This document shows positions 11,048 through 22,848 of a stretch of 64,000 nt of DNA, piece by piece. Made by a program: the position numbers and the translations under genes. The notes under the pieces are model-generated. The model did not search any database. It was not told the DNA's origin and worked only from the letters and a program-made list of their open reading frames with translations. The stretch's first letter is position 1. Every line of letters starts with the position of its first letter. Source of the DNA: Ignavibacteriota bacterium (lineage in GTDB: Bacteria; Bacteroidota; Ignavibacteria; UBA10030); NCBI GenBank assembly GCA_963727825.1, contig CAVSHO010000001.1, forward strand, positions 256,001-320,000, read 5' to 3'.

Positions 11048-13312
11048 TTATAATTGCAATGACATTCCAAGGATGTAATTTCGTTCGGCAGCAGGGAAGA
11101 ATTCTTGTCCCTGACCACTCATCGTATAAAGACGATCAAACAGGTTACGCACATCGCCGTGCACGGTAATAATAACATTGGACTCCAATGCAAAATGGTA
11201 GCTCATCGATGCATTACAGACGACGTAAGCATCATTCTCCCTTGTTTCGCTTTGTGTGTTGTCGGTATAGAAACTGCCGACATATTTTGTATCGAGAGAA
11301 ACGGAAAACATATCGTGTGTGTACGCAATGCGGAAATTTGCCATGTAATCTGGAGACCCTGCAATATGGTTGCCATCGAGAACATGCTGGTAAGTAATGC
11401 TTTCAGAAGTATCGGAAACAGTATATCGTATAAGCCGATTATGGGAGAGCGTTGCATTCCCGCTTATGGAGAATCCATACCCAAGATTGGACTGTCCATC
11501 TAATTCTATACCGAGGTGCCGAGTGCGGTCTGCATTGCGATTAATTGTTTCGCCAAATATATCAACATCACCAGTCTGGATCAATTCATCCCAGAATTCC
11601 ATCCAGAAGAAATTAAATGTTATCTGTGAATGTTGGTCGCGATATCCTGTCCCGATTTCAAAATCGAATAAATGTTCAGGTTTCGATAGGGGTTTATTGT
11701 AATCATAGTTCACCGTTCCGTTCACAGTGTCCTTTACTGCGAACTGCGGTGTGCTACCCCAAATAGATGATTCCGCATCGTACAGATCCGTCAGGCGAGG
11801 TTCGCGGGAGGTATAAGCCATACTCAAATATGCATTTACACGTTCAGTTGCATTGTAATTGACGCCGAAGCGTGGATTAGCAAAAAGATATGGAACGGAA
11901 AAATTATTGTCGAAGAACTTTTCGTTTTTCAAAATGTATCGATTATAGACGACTTGCAAATCGGTCATAACGGTGAGATTTTCTTCCAACGTATATAGCT
12001 CGTGGCCATAGATCGAAACAATGTCTTTCCCGCCGTTGTATTCATAGATGTAATAGTCAGGATCATAATTCGCTGGAAAATATTCCGAGTATTCAATTTT
12101 CCCCCAATGGAGAGAACGATGGATCCGCAGCTCTGCTCCTACCGTCAGTGTTCCAGTGCCATGATCAATTTCCAATCGCGGCAGCCATCCGAATTGTTTA
12201 TCTCCGACAAAAGCTCGTACGAGGACGTTACTTGGATTTGCAGTCGCCGGAATACCATAAGCGCTTCCCCAATGGATGGCTGACGTGTCCAGACCTGAAC
12301 CATCATAATCATAATATCCATCTCCTTGAATGTAGAAGAATGTATTGCTGAGTGTTATCTTCGGTGTTAGATGCCATTCGTTCAGTAATTCAAAATGCGG
12401 TTGAGAAAAAGATTCTGATTCCTGCGGTCTTCGATTTGTCGAATAGATTACAGAGTCTTCTGCATCGTTTAATTCAAAATAATTATAATTTGTGCGGCGA
12501 AGTGTGAGATTGTTATTATAGAATTTTGGAATGCCATTATAAACTAATCCATCCGTAAACGGTCCGCCGTACATTTGGATTGTTGTCGTCACTGTTGAAT
12601 CGAGTCGCTGCGCGCCGAGGAAGTACGAGTTAATATCGTCCCACGACTTGTCACGATAGCCGTCGGTTGAGAGATTGCCGAGATGTCCGTAAAACATGTA
12701 ATGGTCTGCTACCAATCCGGAATTGTACGATACTGAATATTTACGTGTTGAGAGCACGGTCGTATTTGTCGAACAGTATTCTTGAAAACCAAGATCGCTT
12801 TCAAGTGTTATACTTGGCTTCGGTTGATATGGAAGCGCAAGAATATTGACTGATCCGCCGATTGCGGGAGGACCATAGAATGCGCTTCCGGCACCGCGCT
12901 GAACTTGAATGTTGGCAGTACTTCCAAGCAAATCAGGGAAATCGATCCAGTACACGCTAAAATCCTCCGGATCGTTTTGCGGCACGCCGTTCACCATAAC
13001 CGAAAGGCGCTGCTGTTCAAATCCACGCAGGTTGATATAGCTGTAACCACCGCTGGCATTTCCATTCTCCGAATAAAATGTAATGGATGGGAGCGAAGAT
13101 AGAAGTGCCGGCGCATCTTGAGTTGTGTATTGTTGGACAATATCAGAACGTCGAATGTTAGAAAACGTAACCGGCGATAGTCGCTCGGTAGCTTGTGTAG
13201 CAGTAACCGTTACCGGTGCTACGAGGTACACTGTATCACGATCAGACTTTTCTTGTGCTGTCACAAGAGTGTAACTGAGCGCCGCAAGCAAAAAAATAGT
13301 ACCTATTCGCAT
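11048..13312 (-). CDS. TonB-dependent receptor, probably for thiamine
   Basis: Signal peptide, plug motifs (INLRGF, VNGVP, VQRGAGSAFYG), beta-barrel ending NLFDRLY...RNYILGMSLQL; directly under a TPP riboswitch. Confidence 0.92.
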   Translation of the reverse strand: MRIGTIFLLAALSYTLVTAQEKSDRDTVYLVAPVTVTATQATERLSPVTFSNIRRSDIVQQYTTQDAPALLSSLPSITFYSENGNASGGYSYINLRGFEQQRLSVMVNGVPQNDPEDFSVYWIDFPDLLGSTANIQVQRGAGSAFYGPPAIGGSVNILALPYQPKPSITLESDLGFQEYCSTNTTVLSTRKYSVSYNSGLVADHYMFYGHLGNLSTDGYRDKSWDDINSYFLGAQRLDSTVTTTIQMYGGPFTDGLVYNGIPKFYNNNLTLRRTNYNYFELNDAEDSVIYSTNRRPQESESFSQPHFELLNEWHLTPKITLSNTFFYIQGDGYYDYDGSGLDTSAIHWGSAYGIPATANPSNVLVRAFVGDKQFGWLPRLEIDHGTGTLTVGAELRIHRSLHWGKIEYSEYFPANYDPDYYIYEYNGGKDIVSIYGHELYTLEENLTVMTDLQVVYNRYILKNEKFFDNNFSVPYLFANPRFGVNYNATERVNAYLSMAYTSREPRLTDLYDAESSIWGSTPQFAVKDTVNGTVNYDYNKPLSKPEHLFDFEIGTGYRDQHSQITFNFFWMEFWDELIQTGDVDIFGETINRNADRTRHLGIELDGQSNLGYGFSISGNATLSHNRLIRYTVSDTSESITYQHVLDGNHIAGSPDYMANFRIAYTHDMFSVSLDTKYVGSFYTDNTQSETRENDAYVVCNASMSYHFALESNVIITVHGDVRNLFDRLYTMSGQGQEFFPAAERNYILGMSLQL

Positions 13313-13327
13313 CTAATTCCTCCTTAT

Positions 13328-13378
13328 AAAAAAAAACCGTTTCCTCATCTCCATGCAAACGGAAAAAAAGAAACGGCG
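13328..13378 (-). terminator. Riboswitch expression-platform terminator
   Basis: Minus strand CCGTTTGCAT...ATGAGGAAACGG followed by a long U-tract just before the AAGGAGG RBS; an alternative GCCGTTTC pairing lies upstream. Confidence 0.7.
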
Positions 13379-13397
13379 TTAATAAAAATTAATTTCG

Positions 13398-13485
13398 ATT
13401 TCCCTACGCTGGCATTATCCAGATCAGGTCACAAGGGTGTAATCTCAGCTCGATCTTTAAAAGACAGAATCGTAGCACCCCTACA
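13398..13485 (-). promoter_or_regulatory. TPP riboswitch
   Basis: Minus strand GGGGTGCT...GCTGAGATTACACCCTTGTGACCTGATCTGGATAATGCCAGCGTAGGGA matches the THI-box consensus. Confidence 0.97.
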
Positions 13486-13532
13486 ACTTATTTGAAAGAA
13501 CTTCGTTAAAACTGCCGCACAATAACTACTCA

Positions 13533-13561
13533 AATATACTCTTCGAGAAACAAGATGTCAA
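13533..13561 (-). promoter_or_regulatory. Sigma70-type promoter of the TPP-riboswitch transcript
   Basis: Minus strand TTGACA-17 nt-TATATT. Confidence 0.8.
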
Positions 13562-13881
13562 GTGCTTGATTTTAACTTATAGCATTCAAATGAGTCACAA
13601 TCGCGTAATGCATTATGAAATAAGGCGAATTAATAAACCTTGGATTTCGCTTAAATATAAAGCTCTTTATTTGGATTGGCAAAATTGCGCATCATTGTTA
13701 TTGCTTCGTAATAGAATTATTTCTACTATTATTTCGAGCTAATTCTAAATGCAGAAAATTTTCTATCAATCGAGAAAAGAATATACCTACTTTGTGACAC
13801 AGTGAACCCCAAGGATTATTGTATCTATAATTCTTAGCTGAAAGTTATAATTAACTTTCAAAAAATGAAGATAGGTGGAAA

Positions 13882-15921
13882 ATGTTTAATCTACAGAGGT
13901 GCAGTGCTATTATATTTGCATTATTAATTCTTGTCCCATCAGCTTATTCTCAGATACAAAATAATGAAATCAATCCGGAGTACGTAAAATGCATACAGGG
14001 AAAACAAGAAACAATCACAAGGTATGGACATCGATTAGGGTATATACCGCCTCCCTATAAAATACATACAGAGTTACCGGCCAACTTGAAAAAACAATTG
14101 ACAAAAAAAGAGTCTCTTCCTGCAAGTTTTGACTTACGTACGACTGGAGGATTGACCTCCGTAAAGAATCAGGGCAATTGTGGAGCATGTTGGACGTTTG
14201 CTACAATGGGTGCGATTGAATCTCGCTGGAAAGTTACTGGAAGAGGCACTTATGATCTTTCGGAAGATTATTTGAATACATGCCATTCTCCTTTTGTATA
14301 CGCCCCTTGTGCAGGGGGAAATTCATATATGTCGTTAGCATGTTTAGCAAGAGGTTCAGGACCAATATCGGAAAGCGACGATCCCTATAGCGATGCTCAT
14401 ACTACTATTAACTGTCCATCTGGACTTAATCCACAAGGTATAATCACATCTGGCTGGTTTATTCCTACAACCGATCCAAGTATTATTAAGAACCTAATAC
14501 AAACATATGGAGCACTATATACATGTTTTTATTATGATGACGCTTACTACAATTCTACAAATTATACATATTATTATTCTGGAAGTGCTGCTGCAAATCA
14601 TGCGGTGACACTTGTTGGATGGGATGATAATAAAGTAACAGCAGGAGGAACTGGTGTATGGATTATTAAAAACAGTTGGGGGACAAGTTGGGGTGAAAGC
14701 GGTTTTTTTTATATTTCATATAATGATTCAAAAATCAATTCAGAATTGGCATTATTTGAAGATTATATCAATTATGATCCAAATCAAACAATTTCTACAT
14801 ATTCGGAATCTGGATGGGTAGGTAATAATATAGGATATGGCACGTCACTAGCACATGCCTTAGTGAAGTTCGTTGCATCGGGAAATGTCAAATTGACGAA
14901 AATTGGAACATATGTAAATTATCCAGGAGCTATTGTCAGTATAGATATCTATGATAATTTCAATGGCAGTAATTCATTGACAGGATTGTTAGGGTCAATT
15001 TCTGCTCAGACTTGCACTTATACAGGATATTACACGTTTGATTTTTCATCGCCAATAAACCTCTCAACTGTAAACGATTATTATGTAAAAATTAGTTATC
15101 AAACGGCGGGTTATAATTACCCCATTCCAATTGAAGCTGCTAATAGTGGTTATAACACACCAACCTTCGAAACAGGAAAATGTTGGATAAGTTCAGATGG
15201 ATCATCATGGACTTCATTAGAGAGTTGTGGTTCTTATGATTTATGTGCTTATGCTTTTACAACCGTCCCTCTTCTTGTAAAAGCAAAGGTGTTTTTACAA
15301 GGGCCGTATAGTAGCACTGCAATGACAACCGCTTTGAATACAGGCGCACTTATACCATTAAATTCAAATACTGCATATAATACGACGACATATGGTTATA
15401 CAAACAAAACAGTCGCTGCGATACCGAACGCAAATATAGTCGATTGGGTGTTAGTTGAATTAAGATCTGGCACAGCAGCGTCAACGAAAGTTGAAACACA
15501 AGCGGCATTTTTATTAAAAGATGGTACAGTTGTCGATGTTGACGGATCAAGTGACGTAGCATTTAGCATTGCAACCACAGGTAGTTATTACATTGTTATC
15601 AGGCATAGAAATCATTTGGCTGTGATGAGTGCGGCAGCTGTATCATTGCCGAATGCATCTGTATATGATTTTACATCGGCTCAAACGCAAGCTTATGGAA
15701 CTACACCAATGGTTGCTGTAACAACAGGAGTTTATGGAATGTGGTGTGGAGATACTGATGCCAGTGAAACCATCGACGCAACCGATAGAGCTAACACGTG
15801 GAACAATAGAAATACTTCCGGTTATACGGGTAATGATACGGATCTTAGTGGTGTCGTTGATGCCACTGATAGAGCCAATACGTGGAACAACAGGAATGCG
15901 TTAACGAATGTCCCTAATTAA
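13882..15921 (+). CDS. Papain-family (C1A) cysteine peptidase with lectin-like domain and C-terminal KVFLQGPY/dockerin-like module
   Basis: QGNCGACW, NHAVTLVGW and IKNSWG catalytic motifs; duplicated D.D.S...DATDRANTWNNRN at the C-terminus. Confidence 0.9.
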   Translation: MFNLQRCSAIIFALLILVPSAYSQIQNNEINPEYVKCIQGKQETITRYGHRLGYIPPPYKIHTELPANLKKQLTKKESLPASFDLRTTGGLTSVKNQGNCGACWTFATMGAIESRWKVTGRGTYDLSEDYLNTCHSPFVYAPCAGGNSYMSLACLARGSGPISESDDPYSDAHTTINCPSGLNPQGIITSGWFIPTTDPSIIKNLIQTYGALYTCFYYDDAYYNSTNYTYYYSGSAAANHAVTLVGWDDNKVTAGGTGVWIIKNSWGTSWGESGFFYISYNDSKINSELALFEDYINYDPNQTISTYSESGWVGNNIGYGTSLAHALVKFVASGNVKLTKIGTYVNYPGAIVSIDIYDNFNGSNSLTGLLGSISAQTCTYTGYYTFDFSSPINLSTVNDYYVKISYQTAGYNYPIPIEAANSGYNTPTFETGKCWISSDGSSWTSLESCGSYDLCAYAFTTVPLLVKAKVFLQGPYSSTAMTTALNTGALIPLNSNTAYNTTTYGYTNKTVAAIPNANIVDWVLVELRSGTAASTKVETQAAFLLKDGTVVDVDGSSDVAFSIATTGSYYIVIRHRNHLAVMSAAAVSLPNASVYDFTSAQTQAYGTTPMVAVTTGVYGMWCGDTDASETIDATDRANTWNNRNTSGYTGNDTDLSGVVDATDRANTWNNRNALTNVPN

Positions 15922-15967
15922 TTTTGAAAAATCTAATAGCCTAAATAATTCCATAAAAAGAAACCCT

Positions 15968-16234
15968 ATGAAGAAATTTATGATGTTTGTTGCATGTCGG
16001 TAACTGGTCTGTGTAATATGCAACTTCGCGAATGCTCAGACATTACAATTAAGCATAGCTAATCAATAGTTTGTCGGCTGAACCTTCGCTTTTAATATTT
16101 ATCTAAAAGCAACTTCAAGAGATGTTTATTTAGATAGTTCCGATTTTATGCTTACCTTCAATTCCACGCATTTTAATCGTCCTTCAATCACAATCAATAA
16201 TGGTTCAGACGACGGATCAACTTTTATCGAATAA
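15968..16234 (+). pseudogene. Decayed secreted-protein gene (signal peptide plus beta-sandwich start)
   Basis: One frame reads MKKFMMFVACR*LVCVICNFANAQTLQLSIANQ*FVG*TFAFNIYLKATSRDVYLDSSDFMLTFN..., with three in-frame stops. Confidence 0.55.
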
Positions 16235-16490
16235 TTGCACAAGCATAGGGAAAAAGTACTTTTACGCAGGTGAAGAAATGTTGTTGATGAGATGAGAAAA
16301 GCGGAAAAAAGACACCATAAAGAAATATGAGATATAAGTTAGGGAAAAAGTTGTAGCTAGCTTTTCAGCAGTGAATAGGCTCCCGAAATCTTTCTTATCA
16401 TTCCACCAAGTAGATTTCTGGAATCTTTTCTTATAACATCCTCCCATTTATAACTTGCATTGAAGTGAACCCGCTTGAAGAGAGCTTACC

Positions 16491-16519
16491 TTGCTTGTAC
16501 ATCGTTTTCTGGCTATATT
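16491..16519 (+). promoter_or_regulatory. Sigma70-type promoter for rfaE1
   Basis: TTGCTT-17 nt-TATATT. Confidence 0.6.
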
Positions 16520-16555
16520 CTACTAAGAATTATCTAAAAAAATTGGAAATGCTCA

Positions 16556-17566
16556 ATGGTTAATTTTACTCCGAATCGTATAGAAAAAATTCAAAAGAGT
16601 TTTGCCGGCAAGCGCATTGCAGTTGTTGGTGATTTAATGCTCGACAGATATTTTTGGGGCACGGTGTCCCGTATTTCACCGGAAGCGCCTGTTCCTGTTG
16701 TCGAGGTTGATGAGGAATCCACTCGGCTTGGCGGTGCCGCAAATGTTGCGAACAACATCGCATCGCTCGGCGGCGTACCTTTAATGATTGGTGTTGTTGG
16801 CAAGGATATTGGTGCAGATATACTGCAAAACTTAGTCGCCAACAATGGATTTCCAACCGATGGAATTGTTGTTGATGATTCGCGTCCAACTACTATTAAA
16901 ACACGAGTTATTGCACACGGCCAGCATGTAGTGAGGATTGATCAAGAAGAGAAAGTAGATTTGAATGCGGGTACGCAAGCAAGAGTCCTTGCCAGTTTAG
17001 AGAATCAGATTGCTTCGCTGGATGGAATAATTTTAGAAGACTATAACAAAGGCGTTCTGACGAAAGGCCTGATTAAGTCAATTATTGAACTAGCAAAAAA
17101 ACATAAAAAGACAATCACAGTCGATCCAAAATTTAACAACTTTTTTGATTACCAGGGTGTATCGGTTTTTAAGCCGAACCGTAAGGAAGCTGAAGAAGCG
17201 CTGGGACGTCGTCTGCATACTTTTCAAGACATGGAAAATGCGGCGCGTGAATTGTTCATTCGACTCAATGCAGAAAGTGTTTTACTAACGCTTGGCGAAA
17301 AAGGCATGCTGCTTCTTGAAAAAAACGGTTCAATTGCGCACGTGGAATCAAAAACACGAAATGTTGCCGATGTTTCAGGCGCGGGCGATACCGTTATAGC
17401 AACGCTGACTGTGGCAATGGTGGCAGGCGCGTCGATAATTGAATCTGCCGCACTGGCGAATTATGCCGGCGGAATCGTCTGCGGTGAAGTTGGTATTGTG
17501 CCAATCGACAAGAATCTGCTGATTCAGACGATTCTAAAAGATATCAATCAGGGAGGCGAGCGGTGA
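16556..17566 (+). CDS. rfaE1: D-glycero-beta-D-manno-heptose-7-phosphate kinase
   Basis: VGDLMLDRY, RISPEAPVPV, GGAANVA, DYNKG and DVSGAGDTV. Confidence 0.95.
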   Translation: MVNFTPNRIEKIQKSFAGKRIAVVGDLMLDRYFWGTVSRISPEAPVPVVEVDEESTRLGGAANVANNIASLGGVPLMIGVVGKDIGADILQNLVANNGFPTDGIVVDDSRPTTIKTRVIAHGQHVVRIDQEEKVDLNAGTQARVLASLENQIASLDGIILEDYNKGVLTKGLIKSIIELAKKHKKTITVDPKFNNFFDYQGVSVFKPNRKEAEEALGRRLHTFQDMENAARELFIRLNAESVLLTLGEKGMLLLEKNGSIAHVESKTRNVADVSGAGDTVIATLTVAMVAGASIIESAALANYAGGIVCGEVGIVPIDKNLLIQTILKDINQGGER

Positions 17567-18045
17567 TGGGTGATGTCGTTACACTTGCAGACTTGGTACA
17601 AATTAGAGAAAAGTTAAAGCGTGAAGGAAAGAAAGTTATTTTCACAAATGGTTGTTTCGATATCGTGCACCGAGGACATGTTGAATATTTAACAAAGGCT
17701 AAAGCGCTTGGGGATGTGCTTCTAGTTGGCATGAATACGGATGCATCTGTTAGACGCCTTAAAGGAACTGGTAGGCCAATTGTATGCCAAGATGATCGCG
17801 CCTTGGTGCTTGCCGCCTTTCGTGTGGTTGACTATGTATGCCTCTTTGATGAAGATACGCCTCTCGCACTCATTAAAGCCATTGTGCCGGATGTACTTGT
17901 GAAAGGTTCCGACTGGACGATTGATACCATTGTAGGTAAAGATATTGTCGAGGCAGCAGGAGGCGCGGTGAAAACAATTGACTTTGTTCCCAATCGCTCT
18001 ACAACAAACATTATTAAAAAAATGCAGACGGCAAAGCGCATTTAA
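17563..18045 (+). CDS. rfaE2: D-glycero-beta-D-manno-heptose 1-phosphate adenylyltransferase
   Basis: FTNGCFDIVHRGH, SVRRLKG..RP, LVKG.DW and STTNII; overlaps the rfaE1 stop. Confidence 0.95.
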   Translation: MMGDVVTLADLVQIREKLKREGKKVIFTNGCFDIVHRGHVEYLTKAKALGDVLLVGMNTDASVRRLKGTGRPIVCQDDRALVLAAFRVVDYVCLFDEDTPLALIKAIVPDVLVKGSDWTIDTIVGKDIVEAAGGAVKTIDFVPNRSTTNIIKKMQTAKRI

Positions 18046-18126
18046 TGAGCACCGGATATTTTATTGCACGTATGCACCGTTGTATTGCTTTTTTGTTCTT
18101 CGTAATGTGCCGATGGAATGAATAAC

Positions 18127-21100
18127 GTGCGCAGATTTTTCCGAATTACATATTACATTGTCGGTATTTTTTTATTTAGCGTTATTGCTATAATCGGGTA
18201 CACACAGACCCGGTCATTTAAAACTGTACCTTCGCGATCTCCTCTTGCGTGAATCCGTAACCCTCAGCAACGGTGAACTTCAACTTGGTGCAATCGATGG
18301 TAATCTCATCACCGGGTTCAGGATTAATAACATCACAATAACCGAACGTGGTATCGAGCTTCTTTCGGCTAAACAAGTCGAATTGAAATATGATCCGTTT
18401 GGGCTGCTTTTTAAGCATGTAGGAATCAGCAATGCCGTTATTGTAAAACCTGTCATCCATATCTATCGATCCATTGACGGCACAACAAACATTACTCGGC
18501 TTATAAAACCGACACCGACCGATACGATTTCTTCAGGGTGGAATATTGATATCAAGAGGTTGGAATTAGCGGACGCAGAAGTGCTTTTCATTGATTCGCT
18601 TCTGCTTCATCAACGGCAGAATGGAGAACGTGAGGTACCGCCGGATAGCGTTATCGACTACGCCCATATTCATCTCCTCGCGCATACGCTTGTAGTTTCT
18701 GCACAAATAGAAAACAATAAATATGCTGCGAAGATAAGAAATTTTTCTGCGGCAATTTATTGCGATAGGCAATCTGCTTCATCTGCTACAGAAAAAATAT
18801 TAACAGGGCAGAATCAAACGCCGGTATTTATGCTCGAACACCTTAGTGGCGATTTCCTATTGACGAAAAATGAAGTAAACGCACGGAATGTGAATATCGA
18901 AACACAAAAGACACATATCCATTTCGATGCTGGAATTAAGGGAATTGATATTACACACCTTTCTAGTATAGAAGAATTGAAGACAATCCCAGTAAATCTC
19001 TCATTAGCAGCGGATGATATTGATACGAGGGAATTGAAACAATTTCTATATCCATCTGTAGATTTTCTTGATCATGCACTAAAACTTCAATTGAAAGCAA
19101 GCGGAACATTTAGAGAATTGAACGTTGAACAGCTTTCTATCCAAATGCCGAATTCATTAGTGAAACTCCGCGGTCAGGTCCGCAATATTCACCATCCCCG
19201 TGATTTGGAAATGACAGTGGAGGCAAGCAACAACTACATTGCGCCGCACGATATCCTTGACTATCTGCCGGGTCTTCATCTGCCCGACCTGACTTTTCTC
19301 GGTTCTGTGAAATATTCGCTAATGTATGAAGGGCGGCCGTTGAATTTTAAGACTCACTTTATAGGAAATACTACGGCCGGAGACATTGATATCAATGGAA
19401 AGATTAAAATCGATCCAACGAATACCGCCTATTCAGGTACCGTAGACGTTCATTCATTGGCATTGGAAACTATTTTGAAAAGTCAAAAATATGCCAGCAA
19501 TTTTAACGCAAAGATAAGTATAGATGGAACTGGTTTTAATCTGCGCACTATGACTGGGATAATGAAAGTGGAAATGGATTCCTCCTCGTTCACTGGACTG
19601 TCAATTCAGCATTCAGTTTTCGTATTTGATGTTGCTGATGGAATGCTGCGGTCTCATGTGGCAGCTTCTGTAGGAAGCGGAACCTATGAGATATCAAGTC
19701 TTCTCACATCATTTCGTAAAGATTCAACAAGTTATAACATCTCTGGAAGAATTCGATCGTTGGATCTTGCCGATTTGCTGAAAGATCCACAATACGGAAG
19801 TGATTTGTCATTTGACCTTAACGCCAATGGAACAATCGGCGCATCGACACGATCTGATACAGCAGAAATACATTTTTATCGTTCAGCTTTCGCGTCACAG
19901 GTATTCGAGTCGGGGCAGGCAAAGGCAATGTTTCAGGCGAAAGATAGTACGCACAGTACATTGCAGATATCATCAACAATGGGCGATTTGGATGTGAGTG
20001 GCAATTTTACACCTGCATCATTTATCGCAGCGTGGCAAAATTCTTATCAGCTTGTAACTGAGGGAATTGCATATAGGTTTCAAAGTCTTGACTCAATCCG
20101 CTCGTTCAACAGATACATGGCCTCAACGCAAAAATACCATCCTTTGCATGTGTCTGGTGTCAATCCGATTAATGCACAATATCGTTTACAAATAAAAGAT
20201 TTTAAACCGATAGGCGCTTTCATTCATTTACCGCTTGCAGGACAGGGAATAGTGGCAGGTCAAGTTGTAGGAGATTCGTCTGGAATGCAACTTAACGGCA
20301 AAGCGGATGTTGAACAATTTGAACTTGATGCTCCATCAGATACCTTGACTACAGACCTCGCATCGTTTAAATATTTCTTTGGTGGCGTTGGATACGAAAA
20401 ACTGTTTGAGAAATTCCATGCATCCGTCGAACCAGATCTTAGCAATTTTGAGATTAACGGACTTCTTTTCAATTCAGTTTCAGGCAAAATTAGTGTGAAT
20501 TCTGATTCGAGCGATTTTCAATTTTCGGCATACATCGATTCTACTGCACGTATTGAAATCGAAGGTAAATCGCATGTCAATGCTAACTTAATGAAATTTA
20601 ATATTGCTCGATTGAAAACAGAGATAGGGCAGTACATTGCTGAAAACAGAGACACTGTTCAATTGGTATTTGGGCGCGACGGATTTTACATCAATGCGTT
20701 CACGATAGCACATGAAGAAGAAGAAGCAAAATTGGCGGGATACTTTAGTCCGACTGGGATTTCGGATTTGAATATCTCGCTCAATAGATTTCTTTTATCC
20801 GATCTGAGACAAATTCTTTATCGCGGCCCATATGGCAAATCTTCCACACAATTTAACGGGTTAATGAATGCGATAACTCTTTTTCGCGGCAGTTTTAGGC
20901 ATCCAAATATTGTTATAGATATGCATGCAAATGATGTCAATGCAATTGATTTGATACAGAACAAACATAAAATTCTCGGCAGAATCGATTCGCATATCTC
21001 ATACTTTGAATATGTTCTTGGATTGGACGTAAAATTTACAGGCCGGTCTGGGGACCCACAAGCCCCGCCAGATCTGCTGCTTTTTGGATCACTACCATAT

Positions 21101-22789
21101 GATTTTGTGCTTGCACATGAAGCACCGCATAAATTGGAGGGGTACGTAGACATTACGCTGAAATCCACTGGCTTGAATTTGGAAGTGCTTGAACCATTTA
21201 TTCCTATTATTTCAAATCTTTCGGGAGTAATGACGTGCGATATGCAGATGAAAGGTCCAATCGATGCCCCGCTGTATAAAGGATTAATGTCGATTCGGAA
21301 TGCGAACTTTGTTTTTGATCCGCTTGGAATGCCGTTTGTCTTGAATGGAGATTTGGTTCCAGCAGGAGACCGAATTAATTTGGAAAAGTTCACTATTCAG
21401 AATGACCCAAAAGAACGTTTACACGTCGGAACAATGAAAGTTGGTGGAAACTTCACTCTTCTTGGATTAAATTTTAAACAATTTGATATACTGGCACAAG
21501 GCGATTTAAAGGTTATGAGCGAAGAGAAACGGCTTGCGGGGCAAAAACTATATGGTAATTTATTTGCAGCGACCGGACAAAATGGTCTTGTATGGCAAGG
21601 TAATCTCTCTACTTCTATAGTTCGCGGCGAAGTGTTTGTGAAAGATGCAGCGTTAATTCTTCCGCCGGAACGCGAGACAGAATCAGCTCGTACAGATAAT
21701 GTGAACATCACGTTTAAGGATGATACGTCGCGTGTAGATTCTAAAACCATGGAAATATTAAGTGAGCCTAATGGAAAGATAAAATCTAATCAGTCGACTA
21801 GTAAAACAATGAAGGACGGAATGTCTCCTTCTGTATCAAAGATGATTCACAATTCGTTTCTTGATGGCATCAGTTATGATGTTAGTATTGAAACGCAGGG
21901 ACCAACTACTCTCCGCTTTGTCTTCAACACTCAAACGGGTGAGCAGCTTTTTGCAGACCTTCAAGGTAAGCTCGATTTCAATCGTACGCCGGAAATGTCA
22001 CGTTTGACTGGTCAAGTCGAACTCAGTAATCGTTCTTACTATTACAACATTAAGAAGCTTGAAGCGACAGGGAAGTTACTTTTCACAGGCAATGTCCTTA
22101 ATCCTGAACTTGATGTTACTGCAACATATGAGGGACCGCATGATACTACCTCAATTCAAACTTCATCAATTCAGACACAATCAACAGGAAATATTTCTGG
22201 AACCAGTAAAGCACCACAAGTATTGGTCACACTTAAAATCACCGGAACAAGGAATGAACCAAAGACAAAGTTTTCATTACAAACAAAAACATATTCGGAT
22301 AAAGAATGGAGCAGTAGCACCAATTGGAAAGAAGGTGACGATGAAGGCAATGCTATTTCTTTTATCCTTTTCGGTCAATTCCACAATGAACTCTCAGACC
22401 AACAACGGATGGGGCTTATAGGAACAAATCTTGGAATTGCACTGGCCTGGGGAAGTGTTTCCGGATTGATTAGTGAACAGCTCCGCCGCAGCACGTCGGG
22501 TTATATCCAGTCTATGGATGTAATTTATGCCGGCGGGCAATATCAGTCGACAGATCTTCGATTGACTGGACAGGTGGGTGAAGCCGTTGTCCGTGCCGGA
22601 GGACAAGTCTTGAGTGACTTGGCAAACACGAATTTCAGTGTCGAACTTCCTATGAGTTATATAGTCAATTCCGAGCGATACCGTAATCTTATTCTGACGC
22701 TTGAGCGCCGCGTTGAAGATATCCAAAATGCAGATGAACAACGCCGTGCCTCCAATGGTGTCCGGTTGTTCTATCGCATTGTTTTTTAA
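18127..22789 (+). CDS. tamB: TamB/AsmA-like protein with a +1 frameshift near the 5' end
   Basis: GTG at 18127 gives the TM anchor MRRFFRITYYIVGIFLFSVIAIIGYTQTRSFK; the rest (LYLRDLLLRESVTLSNGEL..., 1514 aa ORF with C-terminal FTGNVLNPELDVTA) is in the +1 frame after AAAA at 18220-18223. Confidence 0.8.
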
Positions 22790-22848
22790 ATAATTGTTAG
22801 TGATTAGACAATTTATATTTCACGATCCATTCCTACAAGGAGTTCTTA

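Noticed and set aside
18216-18225. TTTAAAAC as a programmed -1 slippery site
   Set aside because: The needed shift is +1, and the heptamer is not in the X XXY YYZ register of the upstream frame.
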